Shown in pieces: positions 56,859-64,000 of a stretch of 64,000 nucleotides of DNA. The notes under the pieces were generated by a model that was not told where the DNA came from, did no database searches, and saw nothing but the letters and a program-made list of their open reading frames with translations. This DNA comes from Stellaceae bacterium (GTDB lineage: Bacteria > Pseudomonadota > Alphaproteobacteria > ATCC43930 > CGMCC-115725). How positions within the stretch are numbered: position 1 is the stretch's first letter; each line of letters begins with the position of its first letter. Location: contig DASPSJ010000109.1 of NCBI GenBank assembly GCA_035623985.1, positions 979 through 64,978 of the forward strand, in the 5' to 3' direction. Made by a program: the position numbers and the translations under genes.

Positions 56859-58421
56859 ATGCCGACACCCCACGAAAAGCTCGCTGCATCGCTCAGCGCG
56901 CTTCATGAACTCCAAAAGGGCGGGCGGCGTGTCTTCCGATCGAGCGAGCTCACGCGCCTCCATCGCGAACGCTTGACCCGAAACGGCTTCCTCCGGGAAG
57001 TCATGAAGGGATGGCTTATTTCATCAAGCCCCGATACGCGGGCCGGCGATAGCGCGCCTTGGTATGCCTCGTTCTGGGAGTTTTGCGCCCGCTATTGCGA
57101 CGACCGCTTCGGCGATCGATGGCACCTCTCGCCCGAGCAATCGCTGCTGCTGCTCGCCGAGAACACGGTCATCCCGCAACAGCTTATCGTCTATAGCCCG
57201 AAAGCGACGAACCACGATCTGAAGCTGTTGTTCGGCACGTCGCTTTACGATCTCAGGCAGCCGGAAATGCCGGCGCCCGCGAACCTGACCACACGCGACG
57301 GCTTGCGCCTTTTTTCACCGGCTGCGGCTTTGGTGAAAGCCCCGGAGGCATTCTTCGCCCGTTATCCGATAGAAGCACAGATTGCGCTGGCGAGCCTCAG
57401 AGACGCGACCGACGTGCTTCGTCGTCTTCTTGACGGGGGGCATTCTGTCGTCGCCGGCAGGCTGGCGGGCGCGTTTCGCCGCGTCGGCCGCGCCGACGCC
57501 GCCGACGAGATCGTCAAGACGATGAAGGCCGCGAGCTACGATGTCCGGGAATCCGATCCCTTCGCGCCCCAGCAAACATTTGGCGCGCTGCGCGGGGCCG
57601 CCGAGGCTCCGATTGTCGCCCGTATTCAGGCCCTATGGGAAACGACGCGCGGCTTGGTCATCGATGCTTTTCCGAAAGCGCCCGGCTTACCGGCGGATAA
57701 AACCGCTTACCTGGATTTCGTCGACGAGATCTATGCGCACGACGCCTATCATTCGCTCTCCATCGAAGGGTATCGCGTCAGCCCAGAGCTGATTGACCGG
57801 GTGCGATCGGGGGCTTGGAATCCCGCTCAAAACGAGGCCGACCGCAACAGCCGTGACGCTTTGGCCGCGCGCGGCTATTGGCAGGCTTTTCAGGTCGTCA
57901 AAGCCGATGTCGCGGAAATCATCGGCGGCGCCAACCCCGGCGCCTTGGTTCGCACCACTCATCGCGATTGGTATCGCGAACTATTCCAGCCTTGCATTGC
58001 GGCGGGATTGCTCCCCGCAGTCGCGCTCGCCGGATATCGCAACGATGCGGTCTATCTGCGCACGTCGCGTTACGTTCCGCCTCGGTGGGAAGCGGTGCGG
58101 GACGCCATGCCGGCGCTGTTCGACCTGCTTGAGAATGAAAAGGAACCTGCCGCACGCGCCGTCTTGGGCCATTGGCTGTTCGGCTACATTCATCCTTATC
58201 CGGACGGAAACGGAAGAATGGCGCGCTTTCTCATGAATGCGATGCTTGCCTCCGGCGGCTATCCATGGACCGTGATTCGGGTGGAGGACCGGGACGCCTA
58301 TTTGTCGGCGCTGGACCGCGCCAGCATCGATACGGATATTCGGCCATTTGCGGCCTTTATCGCCGAGCGCGTGCGGCGGTCGATCGACCAAGCGACACGC
58401 GGCAGTCGTCCCTCACAATAA
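56859..58421 (+). CDS. Fic-domain protein (putative AMPylase) with N-terminal extension
   Basis: Fic motif 'HPYPDGNGRMARFLMN'. A candidate intramolecular inhibitory motif 'SLSIEG' (S/TxxxE(G/N)) lies upstream of the core. Confidence 0.85.
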   Translation: MPTPHEKLAASLSALHELQKGGRRVFRSSELTRLHRERLTRNGFLREVMKGWLISSSPDTRAGDSAPWYASFWEFCARYCDDRFGDRWHLSPEQSLLLLAENTVIPQQLIVYSPKATNHDLKLLFGTSLYDLRQPEMPAPANLTTRDGLRLFSPAAALVKAPEAFFARYPIEAQIALASLRDATDVLRRLLDGGHSVVAGRLAGAFRRVGRADAADEIVKTMKAASYDVRESDPFAPQQTFGALRGAAEAPIVARIQALWETTRGLVIDAFPKAPGLPADKTAYLDFVDEIYAHDAYHSLSIEGYRVSPELIDRVRSGAWNPAQNEADRNSRDALAARGYWQAFQVVKADVAEIIGGANPGALVRTTHRDWYRELFQPCIAAGLLPAVALAGYRNDAVYLRTSRYVPPRWEAVRDAMPALFDLLENEKEPAARAVLGHWLFGYIHPYPDGNGRMARFLMNAMLASGGYPWTVIRVEDRDAYLSALDRASIDTDIRPFAAFIAERVRRSIDQATRGSRPSQ

Positions 58422-59195
58422 GAGATACGGAGTCGACGACGACGATAACGGAGCCTCGCGTGGTTCCAACGGTTGCTTTTGACACGAATACGCTCGCATC
58501 GGTGCTCTCTCCCGAGATCGCTCAACGGGGGACGGGGGTAACGGCGCGGTGATTGGAAACGCGATTTTGGAGGGACGCATACGGGGATTTTTCAGCGAAA
58601 CGCTCGTGACGCTTGAAGGCATCGAGAAAAAAGATCGTGCCGACGTTCTTGGGAGTCGGGCTCATCGCCACCAGAAAGGGTTCGGGCAACGGAAGATCGA
58701 GATCAACAGCGACCATGGCTGCCATCGCTTCCCGTACAAGGCCATTTACGCCCGTGTCCCAGCCGGCGGATAGCTTGACGAGACACTCAATCTCGTCCTC
58801 TTGCCCTTCCTATCGACAAGCTATCCAACACGGCTTGGTCCGACCCGACGTTGCGGCACGGTCAAAGCGTGTGGCCTGCACCAAGTCGAGCATGCATACC
58901 TCGCGCCCCTCACGCCGGCGACCGAACCGTCTTTGGGCTCCCGTCGCAATGCCGGCGCCGCGTCAACCCGTATCTTTGGTCCCGACGCTGACCGCACCGC
59001 CTTTCATAGACCAGACCAGCGCCGACTACCAGCGGTTGCGCGACCTTTCGAGGTCACTGCCAAGCGCTTGGGATATCGTTCGGTCATCGCGCTCCTACGA
59101 CACCTTCGATGATGCGATCGAATGGCAGGCAACGACCTTACCGGGAGCGCCGTCACATTCGCCGATCGGTACACGCGGGACAGGCGCGTCGCAGC

Positions 59196-59474
59196 TCACC
59201 CCGCCTCGAACGCTCCGAGCTCCGGCCAAGGGGCTTGATCCGCCATTGCGGGGTGGAGACGTCCAGCCTGGCGGGTGAAGCTGAGCCGGCCGCGCTTCAG
59301 GCCGCAGAGCGGCTGCGCCAGCTCGGCGATCGCGGCTTTGGCATCGCGGCAATCGAAGATGACGAGGTCGGCCGGCCGGCCGACGGCGATGCCGTACTCC
59401 GCGCGGCGCATCAGCCGCGCCGAGCGCGTCGTCAGCATGGCGAAGCACTCGGCGAGATCCTCGGCCCCGCCGAC
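59196..59474. repeat. right copy of the 279-bp direct repeat (forms the functional 3' end of the amidohydrolase gene)
   Basis: See 52065..52343. The repeat ends at the same '...CCGCCGAC' boundary in both copies. Confidence 0.85.
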
Positions 59475-60467
59475 ATGGCAGACATTGGCGTAAAGATTGG
59501 CCATGCGGATGAGCGAGGCGTCGCCATAGGGCGTGAAGGGGTTCAGCACGTTGTTGGTCGAGAGCGAGCAGTTGACGCCGAGGCGGAGCAGCTTGTGCGC
59601 CGGCGTCACGCCGCGCTGAACGCGGTGATCCTGCTGCCGGCCGCAGAGATAGAGATCGGTCGAGGGCAGCACGGTGACGGCAACGCCGACATCGGCAAGC
59701 CGCCGCGCGATCGCCTCGAAGCGCGCGGGCGGCACGGTGGAGAGCCGGGTGACGTGGCCGACGGCGACGCGGCCGCCATAGCCGTAGCGCTCGGTCGCGT
59801 CGCAGACATACTCGATGTCCATGCCTTCGGGGCCGTCGCCGAGGTCGAGATGCATGTCGATGTCGACGTCATGGGCGCGCGCGAGCGCGAAGATGCGATC
59901 GATCTGGCCGTGGGGATCGCTGTCGGTGTAGGGGACCGCGCCGATCACGCGCGCGCCGCGGCGAAGCGCCTCGGCGAGCAGTTCCTCGGTGCCGGGATTG
60001 TTGGTGAGGCCCTCTTGCGGAAAGGCGCAGATCTCGAGGTCGATCGCCCAGGCATAGTCCCGCGCAAGCTGCCGGATGGCGTCGAAGCCCAGAAAGCGGA
60101 TGGCGGGGTCGATCTCGACATGGGTGCGCATCAGCATGGTGCCGTTGAGGACGGCGCGCTCGAGCGTGCGCCGCGCCCGCGCGTAGACGTCGGCCTCGGT
60201 GAAGCGGCGCTTGGCCGCGGCGGTCAGCGCGACGGCTTCCTGCACGGTGCCCTCGCTCACGGTGCAGCGATCGATGATGCGCGTCTTGTCGAGATGGATG
60301 TGCGTCTCGACCAGCCCGGCCGAGACCAGGCGGCCGCCGGCATCGAGCCTTGCCGCCGCCGCTTCCAGCCGCGGCTCGATCGCGATGATGCGCCCGCCGG
60401 CGACGCCGATATCGGCGAGGCCGTCCTCGCGGCCGAAGATGCGGGCATTGGCGATAACGAGATCCAT
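59196..60467 (-). CDS. cytosine-deaminase-like metal-dependent amidohydrolase
   Basis: 423 aa with 'GLVETHIHLDK' (HxH metal site), 'VDIDMHLD', 'GHVTRL' and 'LSTNNVLNPFTP' motifs of the CodA/AtzC-type amidohydrolases. Confidence 0.8.
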   Translation of the reverse strand: MDLVIANARIFGREDGLADIGVAGGRIIAIEPRLEAAAARLDAGGRLVSAGLVETHIHLDKTRIIDRCTVSEGTVQEAVALTAAAKRRFTEADVYARARRTLERAVLNGTMLMRTHVEIDPAIRFLGFDAIRQLARDYAWAIDLEICAFPQEGLTNNPGTEELLAEALRRGARVIGAVPYTDSDPHGQIDRIFALARAHDVDIDMHLDLGDGPEGMDIEYVCDATERYGYGGRVAVGHVTRLSTVPPARFEAIARRLADVGVAVTVLPSTDLYLCGRQQDHRVQRGVTPAHKLLRLGVNCSLSTNNVLNPFTPYGDASLIRMANLYANVCHVGGAEDLAECFAMLTTRSARLMRRAEYGIAVGRPADLVIFDCRDAKAAIAELAQPLCGLKRGRLSFTRQAGRLHPAMADQAPWPELGAFEAG

Positions 60468-60481
60468 CCGCTCCTCCGCCT

Positions 60482-62965
60482 TCAGGAAGTGGGCTCGCGC
60501 CCGCCCAGATAGGCTTGGCGCAAGGCCGCGTCGCGGGCGATCTCGGCGGCGGCGCCGGCGCCGACCACCCGCCCGGTCTCGAGGATATAGGCGCGATCGG
60601 CGAGCGCCAGCGCCATGGCCGCCATCTGATCGACGAGCAGCAGCGTCACCCCTTCCTCGCGCAGCTCCGCCAGCGCGGCAAACAGGCGGGCGATGACCGC
60701 CGGGGCGAGGCCGAGCGAGGGCTCGTCGAGCAGCAGCACCCGCGGCGCCGCGACGAGCCCGCGCGCCAGGACCAGCATCTGCTGTTCGCCGCCGGAGAGC
60801 AGTCCGGCGCGCTGATGCCGCCGCTCGCGCAGGATGGGAAAGCGCGCGAGCAGGCGCTCGATATCGGCCTCGACCGCGGCGCCGGAGCGCGCATAGGCGC
60901 CGAGGCGTAGATTGTCGATGACGGCGAGATCGGGAAACACCTGGCGGCCCTCCGGCACCAGGACCACGCCTGTGCGGACGACGCGATGCGCCGGCTCTTG
61001 CGCGATGTCCACCGCGCCGACCCGTATCGTCCCGCTCACGGGCCGCAGCAAGCCGCTCACGGCGCGCATCATCGTCGATTTGCCCGCGCCATTGGCGCCG
61101 AGCACGGCCACCAGCTCGCCGGCGCGGACGTCGATCGTGATGTCTTTCAGCACCGGGACCGCGCCGTAGCCGGCCTCGAGCGCGGCGACGGACAGCGCCG
61201 GCGGCGCTTCGGCGGGCAGCGGCGAGGGCCGCGGCCGCGGCCGGACGTCGCCGTCGCCGAGATAGGCCTTGATGACCACGGGGTCGCTCTGCACCGCGGC
61301 CGGCGGTCCGGCGGCGATGCAGCGGCCGGCGTCGAGCACCACCACCCGGTCGGACAGCTCCATCACCAGCCCCATGTCGTGCTCGACCAGCACGACGGCG
61401 ATGCCTGCCGCGGCGATGCGGCGAAGCTGCGCCGCCAGGCGGCGCGTATCGGCTTCGCCGAGGCCGGCGGCGGGCTCGTCGAGCAGCAGCACGGCCGGCC
61501 GCGTCGCCAGCGCGCGCGCGATCTCGACCAGCCGCCTGTCGACATGGGCGAGATCGGCCGCGGCCCGGTCGCTCGGACCGTCATAGCCGACGAAGCGCAA
61601 CAGGCTTTCGGCGCGGCGCCGCTCTTCGGCCGCGCCGCGCCCCGAGACAACGGGAAAGAGGCCGCCGAGCCGCGGCCCGCGCAGCGCCACCGCGACGTTG
61701 TCGAGAACGGAAAGCTCCGCGAAGAGCCGGCTCGTCTGGAAGGTGCGGGCGATGCCGGCGCGCGCGACCTTGTGAGGCGGCAGGCCGGCAAGCGCCTGCG
61801 CGCCCAACCACACCGCCCCCGCCTTCGGCCGGCAGAAGCCGCTGAGCAGGTTGAGCAGCGTGCTCTTGCCGGCGCCGTTGGGCCCGATGAGGCTGGTGAT
61901 CTTGCCGGCTTTCGCGCGAAACGACACGTCGGCGACGGCGCGAATGCCGCCGAAGGCGACGGTAAGCGCCTCGGCCACGAGATCGCGGCCGCTCTCGCCG
62001 CGCAGGCCGTCGCCGGCGGGCGCGGTCGCGGCGGCCCGCGGCGCGCGCGGCAGCCGCCGCGCCACGGCCCCGACGATCCCCTCCGGCGCCAGCCACAGCA
62101 CCAGCAGCAGCGCCGCGCCGAAGCACAGGAGCTGATACTCGGCAAAGCGCGCGCCGAGCTGGGGCAGCAGCACGACGACGATCGCGCCGACCAGCGGGCC
62201 CGCGGTGGTGCCGGCGCCGCCGATGATCACCACCAGCAGGAACAGGATCGACTGAAAGAAGGTGAAGCTGCTCGGCCCGATGAAACCGCTCAGCGGCGCG
62301 AAGACGGCGCCGGCAAGGCCCGCCGCCGCCGCAGACAAGGCGAAGGCGGTGATGCGCACGGCGACGAGGTTGAGGCCCAGCGACTGAGCCGCCGCTTCCG
62401 AGGCGCGCACCGCGCGCATCGCGCGTCCCCAGGCACCCTCTCGCAAGAGATGAAAGAGAGCGAGCAGGAGCGCGGCGAGCACGAGCGCGAGGATCGCCGT
62501 GTCCTTGATGGCGAAGGCGTGGCCCAAAAGCATCGGCGGCGGGATGTTCATGAGGCCGTTGGCGCCGCCGGTCAGCGAGCGCCATTCGATCGCCGCGTTC
62601 TGGACGATGAAGCCGAAGGCGATGGTCACCATGGCGAGATAAGGTCCCGCGACGCGCAGCGCCGGCAGCGCGAGCGCGACGCCGAGCGCGCCCGCCACCG
62701 CCCCGGCGATCGGCAGGGCGAGCCAGAAATCGACGCCGTAGCGCGTCGTCAGGATCGCCGTCGCATAGGCGCCCAGCGCATAGAAGCCGACATGGCCCAG
62801 CGAGACCTGGCCCGTGAGCCCCAGCAGCACGTTGAGCCCGACGCCGACCATGGCGGTGAGGCACACCATGGCGATGAGATAGACCTGATAGCCGTTGCCG
62901 AGCCGGCAGCCGGCGACGGCCAGCGCGGCGAGCGCGGCCGACGCGGCGAGCGCGCGAGCGCTCAC
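60482..62965 (-). CDS. fused branched-chain-amino-acid-type ABC transporter: LivM-like permease + LivG-like ATPase + LivF-like ATPase in one ORF
   Basis: The GTG start at 62965 overlaps the livH stop (GTGA). The permease part contains 'GQVSLGHVGFYALGAY'. The first ATPase has 'GPNGAGKSTLLN' and 'LLLDEPAAGL'; the second has 'GANGAGKSTMM', 'LSGGEQQML' and 'LLLDEPSLGL'. There is no in-frame stop between the modules. Confidence 0.75.
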   Translation of the reverse strand: MSARALAASAALAALAVAGCRLGNGYQVYLIAMVCLTAMVGVGLNVLLGLTGQVSLGHVGFYALGAYATAILTTRYGVDFWLALPIAGAVAGALGVALALPALRVAGPYLAMVTIAFGFIVQNAAIEWRSLTGGANGLMNIPPPMLLGHAFAIKDTAILALVLAALLLALFHLLREGAWGRAMRAVRASEAAAQSLGLNLVAVRITAFALSAAAAGLAGAVFAPLSGFIGPSSFTFFQSILFLLVVIIGGAGTTAGPLVGAIVVVLLPQLGARFAEYQLLCFGAALLLVLWLAPEGIVGAVARRLPRAPRAAATAPAGDGLRGESGRDLVAEALTVAFGGIRAVADVSFRAKAGKITSLIGPNGAGKSTLLNLLSGFCRPKAGAVWLGAQALAGLPPHKVARAGIARTFQTSRLFAELSVLDNVAVALRGPRLGGLFPVVSGRGAAEERRRAESLLRFVGYDGPSDRAAADLAHVDRRLVEIARALATRPAVLLLDEPAAGLGEADTRRLAAQLRRIAAAGIAVVLVEHDMGLVMELSDRVVVLDAGRCIAAGPPAAVQSDPVVIKAYLGDGDVRPRPRPSPLPAEAPPALSVAALEAGYGAVPVLKDITIDVRAGELVAVLGANGAGKSTMMRAVSGLLRPVSGTIRVGAVDIAQEPAHRVVRTGVVLVPEGRQVFPDLAVIDNLRLGAYARSGAAVEADIERLLARFPILRERRHQRAGLLSGGEQQMLVLARGLVAAPRVLLLDEPSLGLAPAVIARLFAALAELREEGVTLLLVDQMAAMALALADRAYILETGRVVGAGAAAEIARDAALRQAYLGGREPTS

Positions 62966-63834
62966 AGCTTCCGCGTCCCCGCGGCGCCGAGCAGGCCGTT
63001 CGGCATCGCCGCCAGCGCCAGGATGACGACGGCGAAAGTCAGGATTTGCGTATAGGTCGAGCCGAAGAGCGCGGTGATCATCGCCTCGACCGCGCCGTAG
63101 CAGAAGCCGGCGAGCACCACGCCCCAGGGGCTGGCGATGCCGCCGACGATGGCGACGGCAAAAGCCTTGATGCCGAACAGCGTTCCCATATCGGAAGAAA
63201 CGTTGAACAGCGGCGCGATGAGGATGCCGGCGATGCCGGCGAAGACGGTCGAGACGGCATAGGCAAGAGCAATGGCGCGGCCGACATCGATGCCCATCAG
63301 CCGCGCCGCGTCCTGGTTTTGCGCCACCGCGAGCAGCGCCTTGCCGAGCCGCGTGCCGCGCGCCAGCAAATGGAGGACCGCGGCGGCGGCGAGCCCCACC
63401 GCCGGGATCGCAAGCTGCAGCGGCAGCACCGGGATGCCGGCGAGGTCGAGCGGCGTATCGGCCAGCACCGAAGGGTAGTTGCGCGGCTCCCTGCCGAAGA
63501 GAAAGAGCGTCGCGTTCTCGAGAATGATGCCGAGCGCCACCGTCGCCATCAGCCAGCCATTGGAGCCGCGCGCGGCAAAGGGCCGGACGGCGATGCGCTC
63601 GACGATCACGCCCCAGAAGCCGCACAGCAGCAGCGCCAGAAGGATGGCGGCGAGCGGCGGCCAGCCCAGCGTCACGGCGAAGCTGTAGCAGAGCACGGCG
63701 CCCAGCATCATCGAGCTGCCCTGCGCGAAATTGACCGTGCCCGAGACCGCGTAGGTGACGGAGAAGCCCAGCGCGAGCAGCCCGTACATGCTGCCGAGTC
63801 CGAGGCCGGAAACCAGGGCGAGGGCGATCAGCAC
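62962..63834 (-). CDS. livH: branched-chain-amino-acid-type ABC transporter permease (LivH-like)
   Basis: 290 aa with 'GLGLGSMYGLLALGFSVTYAVSGTVNFAQGS' and about 8 TM segments. Confidence 0.85.
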   Translation of the reverse strand: MLIALALVSGLGLGSMYGLLALGFSVTYAVSGTVNFAQGSSMMLGAVLCYSFAVTLGWPPLAAILLALLLCGFWGVIVERIAVRPFAARGSNGWLMATVALGIILENATLFLFGREPRNYPSVLADTPLDLAGIPVLPLQLAIPAVGLAAAAVLHLLARGTRLGKALLAVAQNQDAARLMGIDVGRAIALAYAVSTVFAGIAGILIAPLFNVSSDMGTLFGIKAFAVAIVGGIASPWGVVLAGFCYGAVEAMITALFGSTYTQILTFAVVILALAAMPNGLLGAAGTRKL

Positions 63835-63898
63835 GGCGATGGGCGTCCAGGATGCACCGGCGCTCGGCGCCCATCGGCGCCAGCGCCGGCGCCCGCGG

Positions 63899-64000
63899 TC
63901 AGTTCGTCACCGGCTCGATCTGGCTGCCGACGAAATGCACCATGATGTAATCGCCCGCGGAGAGCGCGTCGTGGTTCTGCGGCGAAAACGGCGGGTCATA
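63899..64000 (-). CDS. ABC transporter substrate-binding protein, C-terminal fragment (runs off the window)
   Basis: The reverse strand reads '...YDPPFSPQNHDALSAGDYIMVHFVGSQIEPVTN*'. Its position upstream of livH fits a LivK-like binding protein. Only 33 codons are visible. Confidence 0.45.
   Translation of the reverse strand, partial: YDPPFSPQNHDALSAGDYIMVHFVGSQIEPVTN

Larger units (their letters stand above)
52344..59195. mobile_element. putative integrated genomic islet bracketed by 279-bp direct repeats (no integrase recognised)
   Basis: It is flanked by direct repeats at 52065..52343 and 59196..59474. GC content is lower than the surrounding DNA. Cargo is the giant HTH protein, a repeat array, a Fic protein and about 0.8 kb of apparently decayed sequence. 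Confidence 0.5.

Noticed and set aside
58460-58773. Possible frameshifted PIN-like ORF. It starts GTG 58460 'VVPTVAFDTNTLASVLSPE...', stops at 58550, and continues in another frame as 'VIGNAILEGRIRGFFSETLVTLEGIEKK...'.
   Set aside because: Only the 'FDTN' start resembles a PIN domain, and no downstream acidic residues or complete fold could be traced. The whole 58.4-59.2 kb stretch reads as decayed DNA in all six frames. Treated as a possible remnant only.
62966-63874. N-terminal 300 codons of the 1130-aa ORF 60482..63874.
   Set aside because: This part overlaps the clear LivH permease frame (62962..63834) and reads as Arg/Gly-rich nonsense. The real LivM-like start is the GTG at 62965, coupled to the livH stop.

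Overview
High-GC chromosomal segment whose gene content fits an alphaproteobacterium (Hyphomicrobiales-like). The organism cannot be named from sequence alone. All calls come from reading the ORF translations and DNA by eye, with family motifs recalled from memory; no searches were run. Layout: (1) core trmD-rplS-leuCDB block (1-4.4 kb). (2) Small accessory genes, including a membrane-anchored P-loop ATPase, a molybdenum-storage-protein pair (mosB/mosA) translationally coupled to a SAM methyltransferase, a split CHR transporter, an IS remnant and hipBA (4.4-14 kb). (3) An orphan fatty-acid-tailoring cluster with no PKS or NRPS: DUF962, two CAS-like dioxygenases, desaturase, ACP, CFA-like methyltransferase, P450, type II thioesterase and FAAL (16.5-25.9 kb). 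(4) A co-directional glcDEF / AEC transporter / larA-larC-larE-larB block (26-36 kb). (5) Glycosyltransferase, two PaaI thioesterases, ADP-forming acyl-CoA synthetase, ECF sigma factor, MFS transporter and a histidine kinase (36-46 kb). (6) A CqsA/CqsS-type (alpha-hydroxyketone) signalling locus whose receptor has lysine in place of the phospho-acceptor histidine (46-49.7 kb). (7) asd, followed by a visibly lower-GC accessory region (50.9-59.2 kb). This region holds a dCTP-deaminase-fold two-gene module and a 6.9-kb insert bracketed by 279-bp direct repeats. The insert carries a 1346-aa HTH-fused protein of unknown function, a 24-bp-periodic repeat array and a Fic protein. (8) An amidohydrolase and a Liv-type ABC operon containing a permease-ATPase-ATPase triple fusion (59.2-64 kb). 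No rRNA, tRNA or CRISPR array was recognised. Many long GC-rich antisense ORFs in the track were treated as shadow ORFs.
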